NCBI GenBank assembly: GCA_963812155.1 | Contig: CAWETW010000003.1 | Coordinates: forward strand, 32,001-96,000 | Direction: 5' to 3' | Source: Vulcanimicrobiota bacterium | GTDB lineage: Bacteria > Vulcanimicrobiota > Vulcanimicrobiia > Vulcanimicrobiales > Vulcanimicrobiaceae | DNA: 64,000 nucleotides | Shown here: positions 28,775 to 45,060 of the stretch, one piece after another | How the letters are laid out: each line of letters starts with the position of its first letter | How positions within the stretch are numbered: position 1 is the stretch's first letter | Translations under genes and position numbers: made by a program | Notes under the pieces: model-generated | The model's database searches: none | What the model was told of the DNA's origin: nothing | What the model saw: only the letters and a program-made list of their open reading frames with translations

Positions 28775-29859
28775 GCAGTTCGGGATGGACGGCGGCGGCG
28801 ATCTACTTCGTCACCTTCGGCATCGCGGTGCTCGTGACATCGGTTGCGACGCCGTTGATCCAGCGGCTCGCGACGCATCTCGGCGTGACCGACCGCGGCG
28901 AAGAAGAACGCCGGATGCATGCGGAGCCGAAGCCCCGAATCGGCGGCGTTGCGGTCTTCTTCGGGTTTGCCTGCGCGCTGTTCGCGGTGCTCGGCTTCGC
29001 GCTCGCATCGCCGTTTGCGCTGCTGCCCTCGGCGCTCCACGAAACGCACGTCAAGCAGATCGAGGTGCTCTCCGATCAGTTCGCCACGATCCACCAACTC
29101 GTCGGCTTGCTCTTCGGGGGATTGCTGATTCTGGGCGTCGGCATGTGGGACGACATCATGGGCATGCGCCCCCGCAACAAATTCGTCGCGCAAATTCTCG
29201 TGGCGGTCATATCGCTGTTCTACGGCTTCATCATTACCGGCGTTACCAATCCGTTCAATCAGAACCCCAATACGAATTGGATCGAGCTACCGCTCTGGGC
29301 CTCCGTTCCGCTCACGCTGCTGTGGTACGTCGGCATGATGAATGCGATCAACTTCATCGACGGCCTCGACGGGCTGCTGGCCGGCGTCACGGTGATTTCG
29401 AGCGTGTTCATTTTCGCGATATCCGTGCTGCACGCGAATCCGGTCGTCGCCCTGGTCGTCATCGCGCTCGCCGGCGCGGCGCTCGGATTCCTTCCCTATA
29501 ATTTCAATCCGGCGCGCATCATCTTGGGCGACGCCGGCTCGCTCTTCATCGGTTACGTCTTCGCCACCGTCTCGATCATCGGCGCGAGCAAACAGGCAAT
29601 CGCGATCAGCGTCGTCGTGCCGCTTGTCGTGCTGGCCCTGCCGGTCCTCGACACGGCGGCCGCGATCGTACGGCGCGCGATCGCGGGCAAGCGCATCACC
29701 GAAGCCGATCGCGGACACTTCCACCATCAACTGATTTTCCGTTTCGGATTGAACGTGCGCCAAGCCGTGCTGCTGATCTACGCCGTCTGCTTCGTGCTGG
29801 GCGCGGTCGCGCTCGCGCTTTCGGGCGAGTTCACGCACGTTTTCCGGCATACGAGCTGA
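28771..29859 (+). CDS. Undecaprenyl-phosphate GlcNAc-1-phosphate transferase (WecA/TagO, MraY family)
   Basis: PRIGG, GMWDD, NAINFIDGLDGL, YNFNPARIILGDAGS, DRGHFHH. Confidence 0.92.
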   Translation: MSSSGWTAAAIYFVTFGIAVLVTSVATPLIQRLATHLGVTDRGEEERRMHAEPKPRIGGVAVFFGFACALFAVLGFALASPFALLPSALHETHVKQIEVLSDQFATIHQLVGLLFGGLLILGVGMWDDIMGMRPRNKFVAQILVAVISLFYGFIITGVTNPFNQNPNTNWIELPLWASVPLTLLWYVGMMNAINFIDGLDGLLAGVTVISSVFIFAISVLHANPVVALVVIALAGAALGFLPYNFNPARIILGDAGSLFIGYVFATVSIIGASKQAIAISVVVPLVVLALPVLDTAAAIVRRAIAGKRITEADRGHFHHQLIFRFGLNVRQAVLLIYAVCFVLGAVALALSGEFTHVFRHTS

Positions 29860-29876
29860 GCGAGACCCACAGCGCC

Positions 29877-31052
29877 GTGGCACGTCTCCGCGTCATGACC
29901 GTGTTCGGAACCCGGCCAGATACGATCAAAATGGCCCCGGTCGTCCACGCGCTCGCGGCCGATCCGCAGATCGACGATCTCGTCTGCGTCACCGGCCAGC
30001 ATCGCCGCATGCTCGACGATCTGCTGGCGATCTTCAAGATCGAGCCGGACTTCGATCTCGACGTGATGACGAAGGATCAAACGCTGACCGAAATCACGAC
30101 GAGGGTCTTGACCGGAATGGAACCGGTGCTCGAACGCGCGCGCCCCGACGTGGTGCTCGTGCACGGCGATACCACCACCAGCACATCGGCGGCGCTGGCC
30201 GCGTTCTATCGTCAAATTCGGGTCGGTCACGTCGAAGCGGGGCTGCGCACCAGCGACCGATGGCTGCCGTATCCTGAAGAAATGAATCGGCGGCTGACCG
30301 GAACGATCGCCGCCTATCACTTTTCGCCGACCCGGCTGGCGCGCGAACACCTGCTCTGCGAAAACGTCGCAGCCGCCGACATCGTCGTCACCGGAAACAC
30401 GGTGATCGATGCCTTTTTGGAAACGGCCGTCCGCACCGACCTGTCCGCGCCGCCACGCTGGAGCGAACTCGACCCGAGCCGGCCGATCGTCGTCGTCACG
30501 GCGCATCGGCGCGAAAATCATGAGTTCATGCGGCCGATGGCCGAGGCGATGCGCGAGATTTCGGAGATGCCGGCCCGTCCGCAACTCTATTGGCCGGTTC
30601 ATCCCTCGCCGCGCGTCGCTCCGGTTGCGCACGAGGTGCTCGACGGCGTTCCGGGCGTCGTGCTGGTAGATCCGATCGATTACGCGCAGATGGTCTTTGC
30701 GGTTCGCGAGGCCACGTTCGTGCTGACCGATTCGGGCGGACTCCAAGAGGAAGCTCCGTGTTTGGGCAAACCGGTCCTCGTGATGCGCGAGGAAACCGAG
30801 CGCCCCGAGGGGCTCGAAGCAGGGACGCTCGAGCTTATCGGGCACCGGCCAGAGCGTATCGTCGCCGCGGCCGCCCGGCTGCTGAACGATCCGGTCGCGT
30901 ATGCGCGGATGTCGCGAGCCGTCAACCCCTACGGCGACGGGCGCGCCGCGGGACGCATCGTTGCGTGGCTTCTCGCGCGCCTGCGGGACGGTGATTACCC
31001 GGCGCCCTTCGACGGAACTCCGCCCGCCCACTCATCGGCCGCCGTCCCGTGA
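29877..31052 (+). CDS. wecB: UDP-N-acetylglucosamine 2-epimerase (non-hydrolysing)
   Basis: VFGTRP, TGQHR, VHGDT, HVEAGLR, PEEMNR, TDSGGLQEEAP, NPYGDG. Confidence 0.96.
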   Translation: MARLRVMTVFGTRPDTIKMAPVVHALAADPQIDDLVCVTGQHRRMLDDLLAIFKIEPDFDLDVMTKDQTLTEITTRVLTGMEPVLERARPDVVLVHGDTTTSTSAALAAFYRQIRVGHVEAGLRTSDRWLPYPEEMNRRLTGTIAAYHFSPTRLAREHLLCENVAAADIVVTGNTVIDAFLETAVRTDLSAPPRWSELDPSRPIVVVTAHRRENHEFMRPMAEAMREISEMPARPQLYWPVHPSPRVAPVAHEVLDGVPGVVLVDPIDYAQMVFAVREATFVLTDSGGLQEEAPCLGKPVLVMREETERPEGLEAGTLELIGHRPERIVAAAARLLNDPVAYARMSRAVNPYGDGRAAGRIVAWLLARLRDGDYPAPFDGTPPAHSSAAVP

Positions 31053-31234
31053 ACGCGCTCGTGCCGGTCATGGCCGCCGGCGCGACCTTCGCCGTGGCGA
31101 CGCTGCTCGGGGTGGTCGCCGGAGTCTGGCTGGGACGAATAACGGGGCAGCCGCTTTGGGTTCTCGGCGGCTTGGCCGCAGGGCTCGGACTCGGAGGGTA
31201 CTCGGCCGCACGGCTCCTTCTTCGATCGCTGTGA
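31049..31234 (+). CDS. AtpZ/AtpI family small membrane protein
   Basis: Two TM helices, G.WL.R motif, first gene before the atp operon. Confidence 0.7.
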   Translation: MNALVPVMAAGATFAVATLLGVVAGVWLGRITGQPLWVLGGLAAGLGLGGYSAARLLLRSL

Positions 31235-31662
31235 CCGCGAACCGCGGGCAGGACCCGCCCCCCCTCCGGCGTAGCTACAGCCGCGCCGAAGCGGAGGCGG
31301 ATCGTGCCAATCTTCTCGTCCTCAAGCGATCGTCGTCGTTTTGGAGCCTCGCCATCGTCGCGGTCGCAGGCCTGGCGGCCGTTCGTTGGCTCCCGCATCC
31401 CGCGTATGCGTTGTGGGCCGGGGGGATTTGCGGAGTCCTCAACTCGGTCTGGACGATGCGCAGCGGCGAACGGTTGCTGGAGAAACGCGGCGTCGGCGGG
31501 TTCGTCTTAAGTAGTTTCGTTCGAATCGGCCTGTTCGGTATAGTCCCGGTGGCGTTCGCCGCGTTGGGCCCATGGTGGTCGATGGGCTGGTATTTCGCGG
31601 GATTCTTCCTTCCGCTGGCGATGTTTGCGTTTGGCGCGTACCGCGTTTCCGGGACAAAATGA
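31231..31662 (+). CDS. ATP synthase protein I-like membrane protein
   Basis: About four TM helices, position upstream of atpB; start uncertain. Confidence 0.65.
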   Translation: MTANRGQDPPPLRRSYSRAEAEADRANLLVLKRSSSFWSLAIVAVAGLAAVRWLPHPAYALWAGGICGVLNSVWTMRSGERLLEKRGVGGFVLSSFVRIGLFGIVPVAFAALGPWWSMGWYFAGFFLPLAMFAFGAYRVSGTK

Positions 31663-31688
31663 GCGCAGGATCTGTGGTGGAGTAACCG

Positions 31689-32420
31689 TTGCAAGAAAAA
31701 ATCGGAGAGCACACGCTGTGGCAGCTCCCAGTGCTGGGGGCGGTGCACACGGATACGATCGTCACGACGTGGCTCGTGATGATCGTTTCGTTGGCGCTCT
31801 TCGGTTGGATCGGCGCGAGCTATCGATCGGCATATCAAATGAAGCGGCAAGTCGTCGTCGAGGGCATGGTCAACTACATCGCCGACCTCGCGACCAGCAC
31901 GTTAGGACCGCGCGGCGAGCCGTTCGTGCCGTTTTTCATCGCGCTCTTCATCTTCATTTTCTTGCTCAACCAGTTCGGCATGCTCCCGTTCAAGGCGCTC
32001 GGGCTGCCGTTCGGCGGATCGCCCACGGCCGATCTCAATACGACCGTCCCGCTGGCGCTGCTCGTCGTGTCGCTCACGTGGATCGTCGGAATCAAGATGA
32101 CCGGAATGGCTCGGATCAAACACCTCTTCCAGCCCTTCCCCATTCTCTTTCCCATCAACGTCATCGACGAGGTCGTCCGCTTTCTCACGCTCGCGGCGCG
32201 CCTGTTCTTCAATATTTTCGTCGGCGAGCTGCTGTTCGTGATCGTTGCTTCGGTGATCGTAGCGAAGGTGACGATTGGGCCGGTGAACCTTTCGCTGGCG
32301 GCGGCGGTCGCGCCATTTTTCATTCAGTTCTTCAACTTCTTCGTGGGTACGGTGCAGGCGTTCGTCTTTACGCTGTTGGCGATCGTCTACTTGGCCTTAT
32401 CCATCGGAGACGAACACTAG
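31689..32420 (+). CDS. atpB: F0F1 ATP synthase subunit a
   Basis: SPTADLNTT, LFPINVIDE, ARLFFN, VQAFVFTLL; TTG start after GGAG. Confidence 0.93.
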   Translation: MQEKIGEHTLWQLPVLGAVHTDTIVTTWLVMIVSLALFGWIGASYRSAYQMKRQVVVEGMVNYIADLATSTLGPRGEPFVPFFIALFIFIFLLNQFGMLPFKALGLPFGGSPTADLNTTVPLALLVVSLTWIVGIKMTGMARIKHLFQPFPILFPINVIDEVVRFLTLAARLFFNIFVGELLFVIVASVIVAKVTIGPVNLSLAAAVAPFFIQFFNFFVGTVQAFVFTLLAIVYLALSIGDEH

Positions 32421-32444
32421 CGTTACTCAGGAAAGGTTAGCATC

Positions 32445-32729
32445 TTGACTTCTCAAGCGTTGGTTGCCGCATTCACTCTGCTCGCGTTCGGAATCATCGT
32501 CGCCGGCGTGGCGTTCGGTTCGGCCGTCGGCGACGGCATCGTTGCGAGCAAAGCCGTCGAGGCGATTGCGCGTCAGCCGGAGGCCCGTCCGAACATCTTC
32601 ACGTTCCTCTTCCTTGGCGTCGGCGTGCTGGAGGCGTTTCCGATCATCGCGCTCGGACTCGCATTCTATATGCTGATCGTCGTCGTAGGTCTGCCCAACG
32701 GCGTGTTTGCGAGCCTGGCGGGACACTAA
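32445..32729 (+). CDS. atpE: F0F1 ATP synthase subunit c
   Basis: ARQPEA loop, ion-binding Glu in VLEAFPII. Confidence 0.95.
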   Translation: MTSQALVAAFTLLAFGIIVAGVAFGSAVGDGIVASKAVEAIARQPEARPNIFTFLFLGVGVLEAFPIIALGLAFYMLIVVVGLPNGVFASLAGH

Positions 32730-32737
32730 GGCGCACG

Positions 32738-33166
32738 ATGTTCCTCAAGCTCGACGGCACGTTTTGGATACAACTGCTGAACTTCGCGGTCTTCTTCGCG
32801 TTGCTCAACGTCGTGTTCTTGCGGCCCGTTGGGCAAGCGATTCGCAAGCGCCGGGAGTACATTAACGGCGTCGTTTCCGGCTACGCCGCGTATCAGGCCG
32901 AAGCCAAGACGCTGCGTGAGCAGGCGGAGGGAATCCGCGCGCAAGCGCGCCGCGAAGCCGAGCAGCATCTCGCCAAGGCGCGCGCCGATGCGTCGAACGA
33001 AGCCGCCGCGGTCGCGGCAAAATACGCCACGCAAGCGCAGGCGATCGTCGAGGAAGCGCAGCGCAGCGCGGACGACGAGCTGGGCCGCGCTCGTGCGGGC
33101 GAAGATCGTTTGGTCAAACAGCTCGCCGATCTGATGGTCGAGCGCAGCCTGGGAGCCGGCGCGTGA
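32738..33166 (+). CDS. F0F1 ATP synthase subunit b'
   Basis: DGTFWIQLLNFAV...FLRPV...RKRREYI, then coiled coil. Confidence 0.88.
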   Translation: MFLKLDGTFWIQLLNFAVFFALLNVVFLRPVGQAIRKRREYINGVVSGYAAYQAEAKTLREQAEGIRAQARREAEQHLAKARADASNEAAAVAAKYATQAQAIVEEAQRSADDELGRARAGEDRLVKQLADLMVERSLGAGA

Positions 33167-33663
33167 ACCAAAGCGATTTCTACGTAAGCGTGGCGATTTG
33201 GAGTCAGGTCGTTTCGGCCGTGCTCTTCATCGGCGTGCTCGTATGGCTCTGGGTCAAATTCATCACGCCGGCCATTTTGGCCGCGCAAGATCGCCAGAAC
33301 AAGCAGATTGCCGAAGCCGAGCGCCATCGCGACGAGGCCAAAGCGATGCTCGATCTTCTGCGTAACGATATCGAAAGCGCCGGGCGCGACGCCGAGGCGA
33401 TCAAAGGGCGCGTCGAATCGCAGGCGGTGCGCGAGTGCGAGGGCATCGCAGCCGACGCGCGCGAAGCCGGCGAACGCAGCATTCGCGGCGCGCAAGCGAG
33501 TTTCTCGGGGATGCTTGCGGCCGCTCGCGACCGATTCCGCGCCGAGATGCTGGAGAAGGCGCTCGCGCGCGCTCGTGAAGAAGCGGCCTCACGCGTCGAC
33601 GACGCGCTCGACGCGCGGCTGATCGACCGCTTCGCGGCGTCGCTGGAGCGCCGGAATGGTTAA
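33163..33663 (+). CDS. atpF: F0F1 ATP synthase subunit b
   Basis: N-terminal TM plus coiled coil, located between b' and delta. Confidence 0.85.
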   Translation: MNQSDFYVSVAIWSQVVSAVLFIGVLVWLWVKFITPAILAAQDRQNKQIAEAERHRDEAKAMLDLLRNDIESAGRDAEAIKGRVESQAVRECEGIAADAREAGERSIRGAQASFSGMLAAARDRFRAEMLEKALARAREEAASRVDDALDARLIDRFAASLERRNG

Positions 33664-34204
33664 CGAGAAGCTGGCGCGGCGCTACGCGCTCGCGGTCTTT
33701 TCGGTGGCCAACGACGCCGGCAAAGCCGTCGCGGTGGGAGACGATCTCGCCGCCGTCGCCTCGGCGATCGATACGAACCCCGCCGCGCGCGATTTTTTCG
33801 CGGCGCCCGTCGTCGACCGGCGCGCTAAGGCAAGCGTTCTCGTCGCCACGTTCGAGTCGCGCGTGAGCGACATCGCGCTGCACACGCTCCTGCTGCTCGT
33901 TCGCAAGCGCCGCGAGACGCTGCTTCCGGGGCTCGTCGCAGAGTATCGCAAACTGCAGCGCACCGCGCGCGGTGAGGAAGCGCTGACCGTTACCTCGGCG
34001 CGAGCGATGCCCGACGCGGAACTCGACGCGCTGGTTGCGCGGCTCGAGCAAGTCTTCGGCAAAAAATTCGACGTCACGCGGGTCGTGGATCCGCGGACGA
34101 TCGGCGGCGTACGCGTCCTGATGGGCGATCGCCGGATCGACGGCACGGTCGCCGGCCGTTTGGAGAACCTCGCCCGCAATCTCTTCGCACCTAGTGGCCT
34201 GTAA
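33656..34204 (+). CDS. atpH: F0F1 ATP synthase subunit delta
   Basis: ARRYALA, VTSA, VDP..IGG....GDR.IDGTV. Confidence 0.94.
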   Translation: MVNEKLARRYALAVFSVANDAGKAVAVGDDLAAVASAIDTNPAARDFFAAPVVDRRAKASVLVATFESRVSDIALHTLLLLVRKRRETLLPGLVAEYRKLQRTARGEEALTVTSARAMPDAELDALVARLEQVFGKKFDVTRVVDPRTIGGVRVLMGDRRIDGTVAGRLENLARNLFAPSGL

Positions 34205-34229
34205 GAGCCACTTTCACTAGGATAAACGA

Positions 34230-35729
34230 ATGATCAACGCTGACGAAATCGCCGGTATTCTCAAGCAGCAAATCCAGAGTTTTAAGACCGACCTCCAGGA
34301 AGACGAAATCGGCACCGTCATCCAGGTCGGCGCCAATCTGGCGCGCGTCTACGGACTGCGCGGCGTACGCTCGTCGGAACTCGTCGAATTCTCCAACGGC
34401 TTGCAAGGCGTTGCGCTCAATCTCGAAGAGGACAACGTCGGCGTCGTCATCATGGGTCCCGACAAGGACATCAAAGAAGGCGACAAGGTTCGCCGCACCG
34501 GGCGCATCTCGTCGGTTCCGGTAGGCGAGGCGATGCTGGGGCGCGTCGTCAATCCGCTGGGCCAGCCCATCGACGGCAAGGGTCCCGTCGAGACCAACCG
34601 CTATCGCACCGTCGAAAACGTCGCTCCCGGCGTCGTGCAGCGCCAGTCGGTCAAACAGCCGCTGCAGACCGGCATACGCGCCATCGACGCGCTGATTCCG
34701 ATCGGAAAAGGCCAGCGCGAACTGATCATCGGCGACCGGTCGACCGGCAAAACCGCAATCGCGCTCGATACGATCATCAATCAAAAGGGCCGCAACGTCT
34801 TCTGCATCTACGTGGCGATCGGTCAAAAGAACTCGACCGTCTCCGCAATCGCACAGACGCTCGAACAGAAAGGCGCGATGGCCTACACCACGATCGTCGC
34901 GGTGAGCCCGTCGGAGGCCGCGGCATTGCGCTGGCTGGCACCCTTTGCCGGCTGCGCGATGGCAGAGGAGTTGATGTATCAGGGCAAAGACGTGTTGATC
35001 ATCTACGACGATCTCACCAAACACGCGCAGTCGTATCGCGAGATGTCGCTGCTGCTGCGGCGCCCGCCGGGTCGCGAGGCCTACCCCGGCGACGTCTTCT
35101 ATCTTCACTCCCGTCTGCTCGAACGCGCCTGCAAACTCTCCGACGAGCTTGGCGGGGGGTCGATGACGGCGCTGCCGGTCATCGAAACGCAGGCCGGCGA
35201 CTTCGCGGCCTACATTCCGACTAACGTGATCTCGATCACGGACGGACAGATCTATCTCACGCCGCAACTCTTCTTCCAAGGCATCCGTCCTGCGGTCGAC
35301 GTCGGTCTTTCGGTGTCGCGAGTCGGGGGCGCCGCTCAGACGAAGGCGATGAAGTCTGTCGCCGGCCAGCTCAAGCTCGAACTCGCGCAGTATCGCGATT
35401 TGGCGGCCTTCGCCAAACTCTCCAGCGATCTCGACAAGGCCACCCAGAATCAACTCATGCGCGGCGAGAAGATGACCGAACTGCTCAAGCAGCCGCAATA
35501 CCAGCCGCAGCCGATGGAAGATCAGGTCGCGATCATCTACGCCGCGACGAACGGTTACGTCAACGACGTCGCCACGCCGCGGCTGCAGAACTGGGCGCGC
35601 GGATTCGTTGCCTTCCTGCACGAGAAGCATCCGGAGATTCCGGCATCGATCGCCCAGAGCAATCAGCTCTCCGACGACGTCAAGAAACAGCTCGACGCGG
35701 CCGTAGCCGAGTTCAACAAGAGCTTCTAG
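34230..35729 (+). CDS. atpA: F0F1 ATP synthase subunit alpha
   Basis: [38 protein letters not shown]. Confidence 0.98.
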   Translation: MINADEIAGILKQQIQSFKTDLQEDEIGTVIQVGANLARVYGLRGVRSSELVEFSNGLQGVALNLEEDNVGVVIMGPDKDIKEGDKVRRTGRISSVPVGEAMLGRVVNPLGQPIDGKGPVETNRYRTVENVAPGVVQRQSVKQPLQTGIRAIDALIPIGKGQRELIIGDRSTGKTAIALDTIINQKGRNVFCIYVAIGQKNSTVSAIAQTLEQKGAMAYTTIVAVSPSEAAALRWLAPFAGCAMAEELMYQGKDVLIIYDDLTKHAQSYREMSLLLRRPPGREAYPGDVFYLHSRLLERACKLSDELGGGSMTALPVIETQAGDFAAYIPTNVISITDGQIYLTPQLFFQGIRPAVDVGLSVSRVGGAAQTKAMKSVAGQLKLELAQYRDLAAFAKLSSDLDKATQNQLMRGEKMTELLKQPQYQPQPMEDQVAIIYAATNGYVNDVATPRLQNWARGFVAFLHEKHPEIPASIAQSNQLSDDVKKQLDAAVAEFNKSF

Positions 35730-35740
35730 GCTGACATCTC

Positions 35741-41678
<5,938 letters not shown>

Positions 41679-41682
<4 letters not shown>

Positions 41683-42446
41683 TTCGCTCGTTCTGGCCCC
41701 TGGTCGCAGCCGCGGCGCTCGCAGCGTCGCCGGCGTGGGCCGCCACGCCGCCGCCGCGCCCTCCGGCGCATGCGGCCCCACCGCATCCCGGAAAACCCGC
41801 ACCGTCGCCCGCCGCGGCGTCGGGAGCCGGAGCCGCTTTCGATTTAGGCGTCTGGACGGTGCACGCGAGTTCGGTCGACGCCAACTTCAAGACCGGCGAC
41901 TTCTCGACGCCCGCCAAAGTGGTCATGACGCGCACGGGCGGCGACGTGACCGCCGACCGCGCGAACGGCAACTACAAGACGCAAATCGTCAACCTCGTCG
42001 GACACGTCGTCATGCACGATTCGCAAGGCGATTACGGCGGAATCGGCGGACAGGGTGCCGGGTCGAACGGACCGTCGACGCTGACCGCAGACAAAGCTGC
42101 GATCGACGGCACTGCGAAAATTTACAAGGCGATCGGCAACGTGCACTACGTGCAGGCCGATACCGTCGTGGACGCCGATACGGGGACGCTCAACGACGCG
42201 ACGCACGATTTGCTTCTCAACGGAAACGTTCGCATCGTGCAAGGCCTTCGCAAGATCAACGCGGAGAGCGTCGTCTACAATACGATTACCGACAAGGCTC
42301 ACGCCCAAGGCAACGTCACGATGCAGTTCCCGGGACAACTGCATCGCGGCTTGGCCACGCCGAAGCCGCTGCACGTGCCCAAGAATCCGATCACGGAGCC
42401 GGCGGCAAGCGCGCCTGCGGCCTCACCGAAACCCCACCCGCGATAA
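41679..42446 (+). CDS. LptA/OstA-like beta-jellyroll periplasmic protein
   Basis: Signal peptide plus repeats 'ADKA......A.GNV', 'L.GNVRIVQG', 'A.GNV'. Confidence 0.7.
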
Positions 42447-42448
42447 AC

Positions 42449-43762
42449 GTGCGGTCGCTCTTCGAGTCGCCGGGTGCGATGCCGTTGGCGGCGCGAATGC
42501 GGCCGCGCACCTTCGAGGAGTTCGCCGGGCAGGAAGAGATTCTCGGCCCCGGCCGGCCGCTGCGCCGCGCCATCGAGCAAGACGCGTTGCCGTCGATGAT
42601 TCTGTGGGGGCCGCCGGGCACCGGGAAAACGACGATTGCGGAACTCGTTGCGCGCACGACCGGCGCGCATTTCGAACGCATCTCGGCGGTGAGCGCCGGC
42701 GTGGCGGATCTTCGCCGCATCGTTGCGGCCGCGCAGGTCCGACGGCGCACGGGTCTTCGGACCGTCCTGTTCATCGACGAGATTCATCGTTTCAATAAAG
42801 GCCAGCAAGATGCGGTGCTGCCCTATGTCGAGGACGGCACGATCACGCTCGTCGGAGCAACGACCGAGAACCCGTCGTTTGAAGTGAACTCGGCGTTGCT
42901 GTCGCGGGCGCGCGTCTTCGTATTGAAGCAGCTCTCCGACGAAGACGTTGCGCTCATCGTCGATCGCGCGCTCGCGGATTCCGAGCGCGGCCTGGGCGCA
43001 TCGAACGTGCGTCTCGACGGCCCGGCGCGAGACGCGCTCGTGGGGCTGGCCAACGGCGATGCGCGCACGGCGCTCAACGCCCTCGAGTTCGCAGCCGCCG
43101 CGGCGCCGGTTCGCGATGGCTTCGCGTCCGTCACGCGCGAGATCGTGGAGCAAGCGATGCAGCGGCGCGGCTCGCTCTACGACAAAGACGGAGAAGCGCA
43201 CTACGACACGATCAGCGCATTCATAAAATCGGTGCGCGCGAGCGACGCCGATGCGGCGCTCTACTGGCTGGCGCGCATGCTCGAAGGCGGCGAGGATCCG
43301 CTCTTCGTCGTGCGGCGGCTGGTCGTGCTGGCTTGCGAGGACGTCGGCTTGGCGGATTCGCGCGGCTTGGAAATCGCCGTCGCCGCGCAGCAGGCGGTTC
43401 ACTTCGTCGGGATGCCGGAGGGCTTCTACGCGCTGGCGCACGCCACGCTCTATTTGGCGACCGCGCCCAAGAGCAACAGCGTCGGCACCGCGTACGCGGC
43501 GGCGCTCGAAGACGTTCGCGAGACGCGTAACGGCCCGGTACCGCTGCATTTACGTAACGCTCCTACCGGCCTCATGCGAGCCCTCGGCTACGGCAAGGAG
43601 TATCATTACGCGCACGACGACTACGACGTCGTGCAGGGCAATCTTCCTGAGAATCTCGCCGGCCGGAGGTACTATCGGCCGGGCGAGCGCGGCGACGAGG
43701 CGCGCATCGCCGAATGGTTAAAAAATTCTAAAATGGGCGCGAAAAAAAAGCGGCCCGAGTGA
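42449..43762 (+). CDS. rarA: Replication-associated recombination protein A
   Basis: PLAARMRP, WGPPGTGKTT, DEIHRFNK.QQD, GATTENP, SAFIKS.R.SD, VPLHLRNAPT. Confidence 0.95.
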   Translation: MRSLFESPGAMPLAARMRPRTFEEFAGQEEILGPGRPLRRAIEQDALPSMILWGPPGTGKTTIAELVARTTGAHFERISAVSAGVADLRRIVAAAQVRRRTGLRTVLFIDEIHRFNKGQQDAVLPYVEDGTITLVGATTENPSFEVNSALLSRARVFVLKQLSDEDVALIVDRALADSERGLGASNVRLDGPARDALVGLANGDARTALNALEFAAAAAPVRDGFASVTREIVEQAMQRRGSLYDKDGEAHYDTISAFIKSVRASDADAALYWLARMLEGGEDPLFVVRRLVVLACEDVGLADSRGLEIAVAAQQAVHFVGMPEGFYALAHATLYLATAPKSNSVGTAYAAALEDVRETRNGPVPLHLRNAPTGLMRALGYGKEYHYAHDDYDVVQGNLPENLAGRRYYRPGERGDEARIAEWLKNSKMGAKKKRPE

Positions 43763-43778
43763 ACTCGAACCGCTTTTT
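43745..43778. terminator. Intrinsic (probably bidirectional) terminator at the end of rarA
   Basis: AAAAAGCGG..CGAG..CTCG..CCGCTTTTT hairpin. Confidence 0.6.
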
Positions 43779-43798
43779 CCCGTTGCTACTTCTCGGAG

Positions 43799-43828
43799 TT
43801 GTGCGTTGGAGCTTCGCACGAGTAAAAT
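43799..43828 (+). promoter_or_regulatory. Sigma70-type promoter for cysteine desulfurase
   Basis: TTGTGC-18 nt-TAAAAT. Confidence 0.5.
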
Positions 43829-43855
43829 GATAAAGCACGACTCTGGGAGCGCCCT

Positions 43856-45016
43856 GTGAGCGACAATCCGGCGCGCGTTTACCTCGATTATGCGGCGTCT
43901 GCCCCGGTGTCGGCCGAAGTGGCCGAGGCGATGCGCGCCGCCGCCGAAAACGCAGCGTTCAATCCCAGTTCGCTGCACGCCGAGGGACGCAGGGCGCGCG
44001 CGCTGCTCGACTCGGCGCGCGACAGCGTGGCGGCATCGCTGGGTGCCCGCCGAAGCGAGATTACGTTCACGGGAAGCGGCACCGAGGCCGATCATTTGGC
44101 GTTGACCGGCGTCATTCGTGCGGCCGGTTGGAAGGGCCGCGTCGTCGCGTCGGCCGTCGAACATCACGCCGTATTGCGCGCGCTCGACGAACTGCGCGAA
44201 GTCGGCTGCGACGTCGCGATACTGCCGGTCGACCGCGACGGACGCGTCGATCCCGACCGGTTTTCGGCGGCCCTGCGCGACGACACGGCGATCGCGTCGG
44301 TGATGTATGCCAACAACGAAATCGGCACCGTCCAGCCGATCGCCGAACTCGCGGCGATCGCCCGCGCGCGCGGCGTCCTCTTTCACACCGATGCCGTGCA
44401 GGCTGCCGCCTGGCTTCCCATCGATACCGGCACCCTCGGCGTCGATTTACTCTCGCTCTCGGCGCACAAGCTGCACGGGCCCAAAGGCGCCGGCGTCCTT
44501 TTCGTGCGGACGGGCACGCCCATTGCGGCCGCCGTTCCCGGCGGGGGCCAGGAGTTCGGACGCCGGTCGGGCACCGAGAACCTGGCGGGCATCGCCGGCA
44601 TGGCGGCAGCCCTCGAACGTGCGGCCGCCGGACGGGCCGGCAACGGCGCGCGCGTGGCAGGCCTTCGCGACCGTCTGGAGCGCGGCATCTTGGATTCCAT
44701 CCCGGGCGTCCGTATCAACGGCGCCGGAGCCGAGCGCCTCCCCGCGATCGTCAGCGCGACGTTCTCCGGGGTCGATTCCGAATCGTTGCTGGCCCGCCTC
44801 GACCTGGCCGGCATAGCCGTTTCCGCCGGAAGCGCCTGCACGTCGGGGACGCTCGAGCCGAGCCACGTCATCCGCGCGCTCGGCGGGAACACGTCGGATG
44901 CAACGATTCGATTTTCTTTGGGGGCGCCGACGACCCGGGCCGAGATCGACCGCGTCACGGCCATTCTGCCGCCCATCGTCGAGTCGTTGCGCCGGACGTC
45001 GCCCGCCCCGGCGTAG
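43856..45016 (+). CDS. iscS: Cysteine desulfurase (IscS/NifS group I)
   Basis: YLDYAAS, NPSSLH, FTGSGTE, NNEIG, HTDAVQ, SAHKLHGPKG, SAGSAC. Confidence 0.93.
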   Translation: MSDNPARVYLDYAASAPVSAEVAEAMRAAAENAAFNPSSLHAEGRRARALLDSARDSVAASLGARRSEITFTGSGTEADHLALTGVIRAAGWKGRVVASAVEHHAVLRALDELREVGCDVAILPVDRDGRVDPDRFSAALRDDTAIASVMYANNEIGTVQPIAELAAIARARGVLFHTDAVQAAAWLPIDTGTLGVDLLSLSAHKLHGPKGAGVLFVRTGTPIAAAVPGGGQEFGRRSGTENLAGIAGMAAALERAAAGRAGNGARVAGLRDRLERGILDSIPGVRINGAGAERLPAIVSATFSGVDSESLLARLDLAGIAVSAGSACTSGTLEPSHVIRALGGNTSDATIRFSLGAPTTRAEIDRVTAILPPIVESLRRTSPAPA

Positions 45017-45060
45017 AATGGGAGAGAACGGGGATTATGGAGAGAGCACCGAACGGGCTG

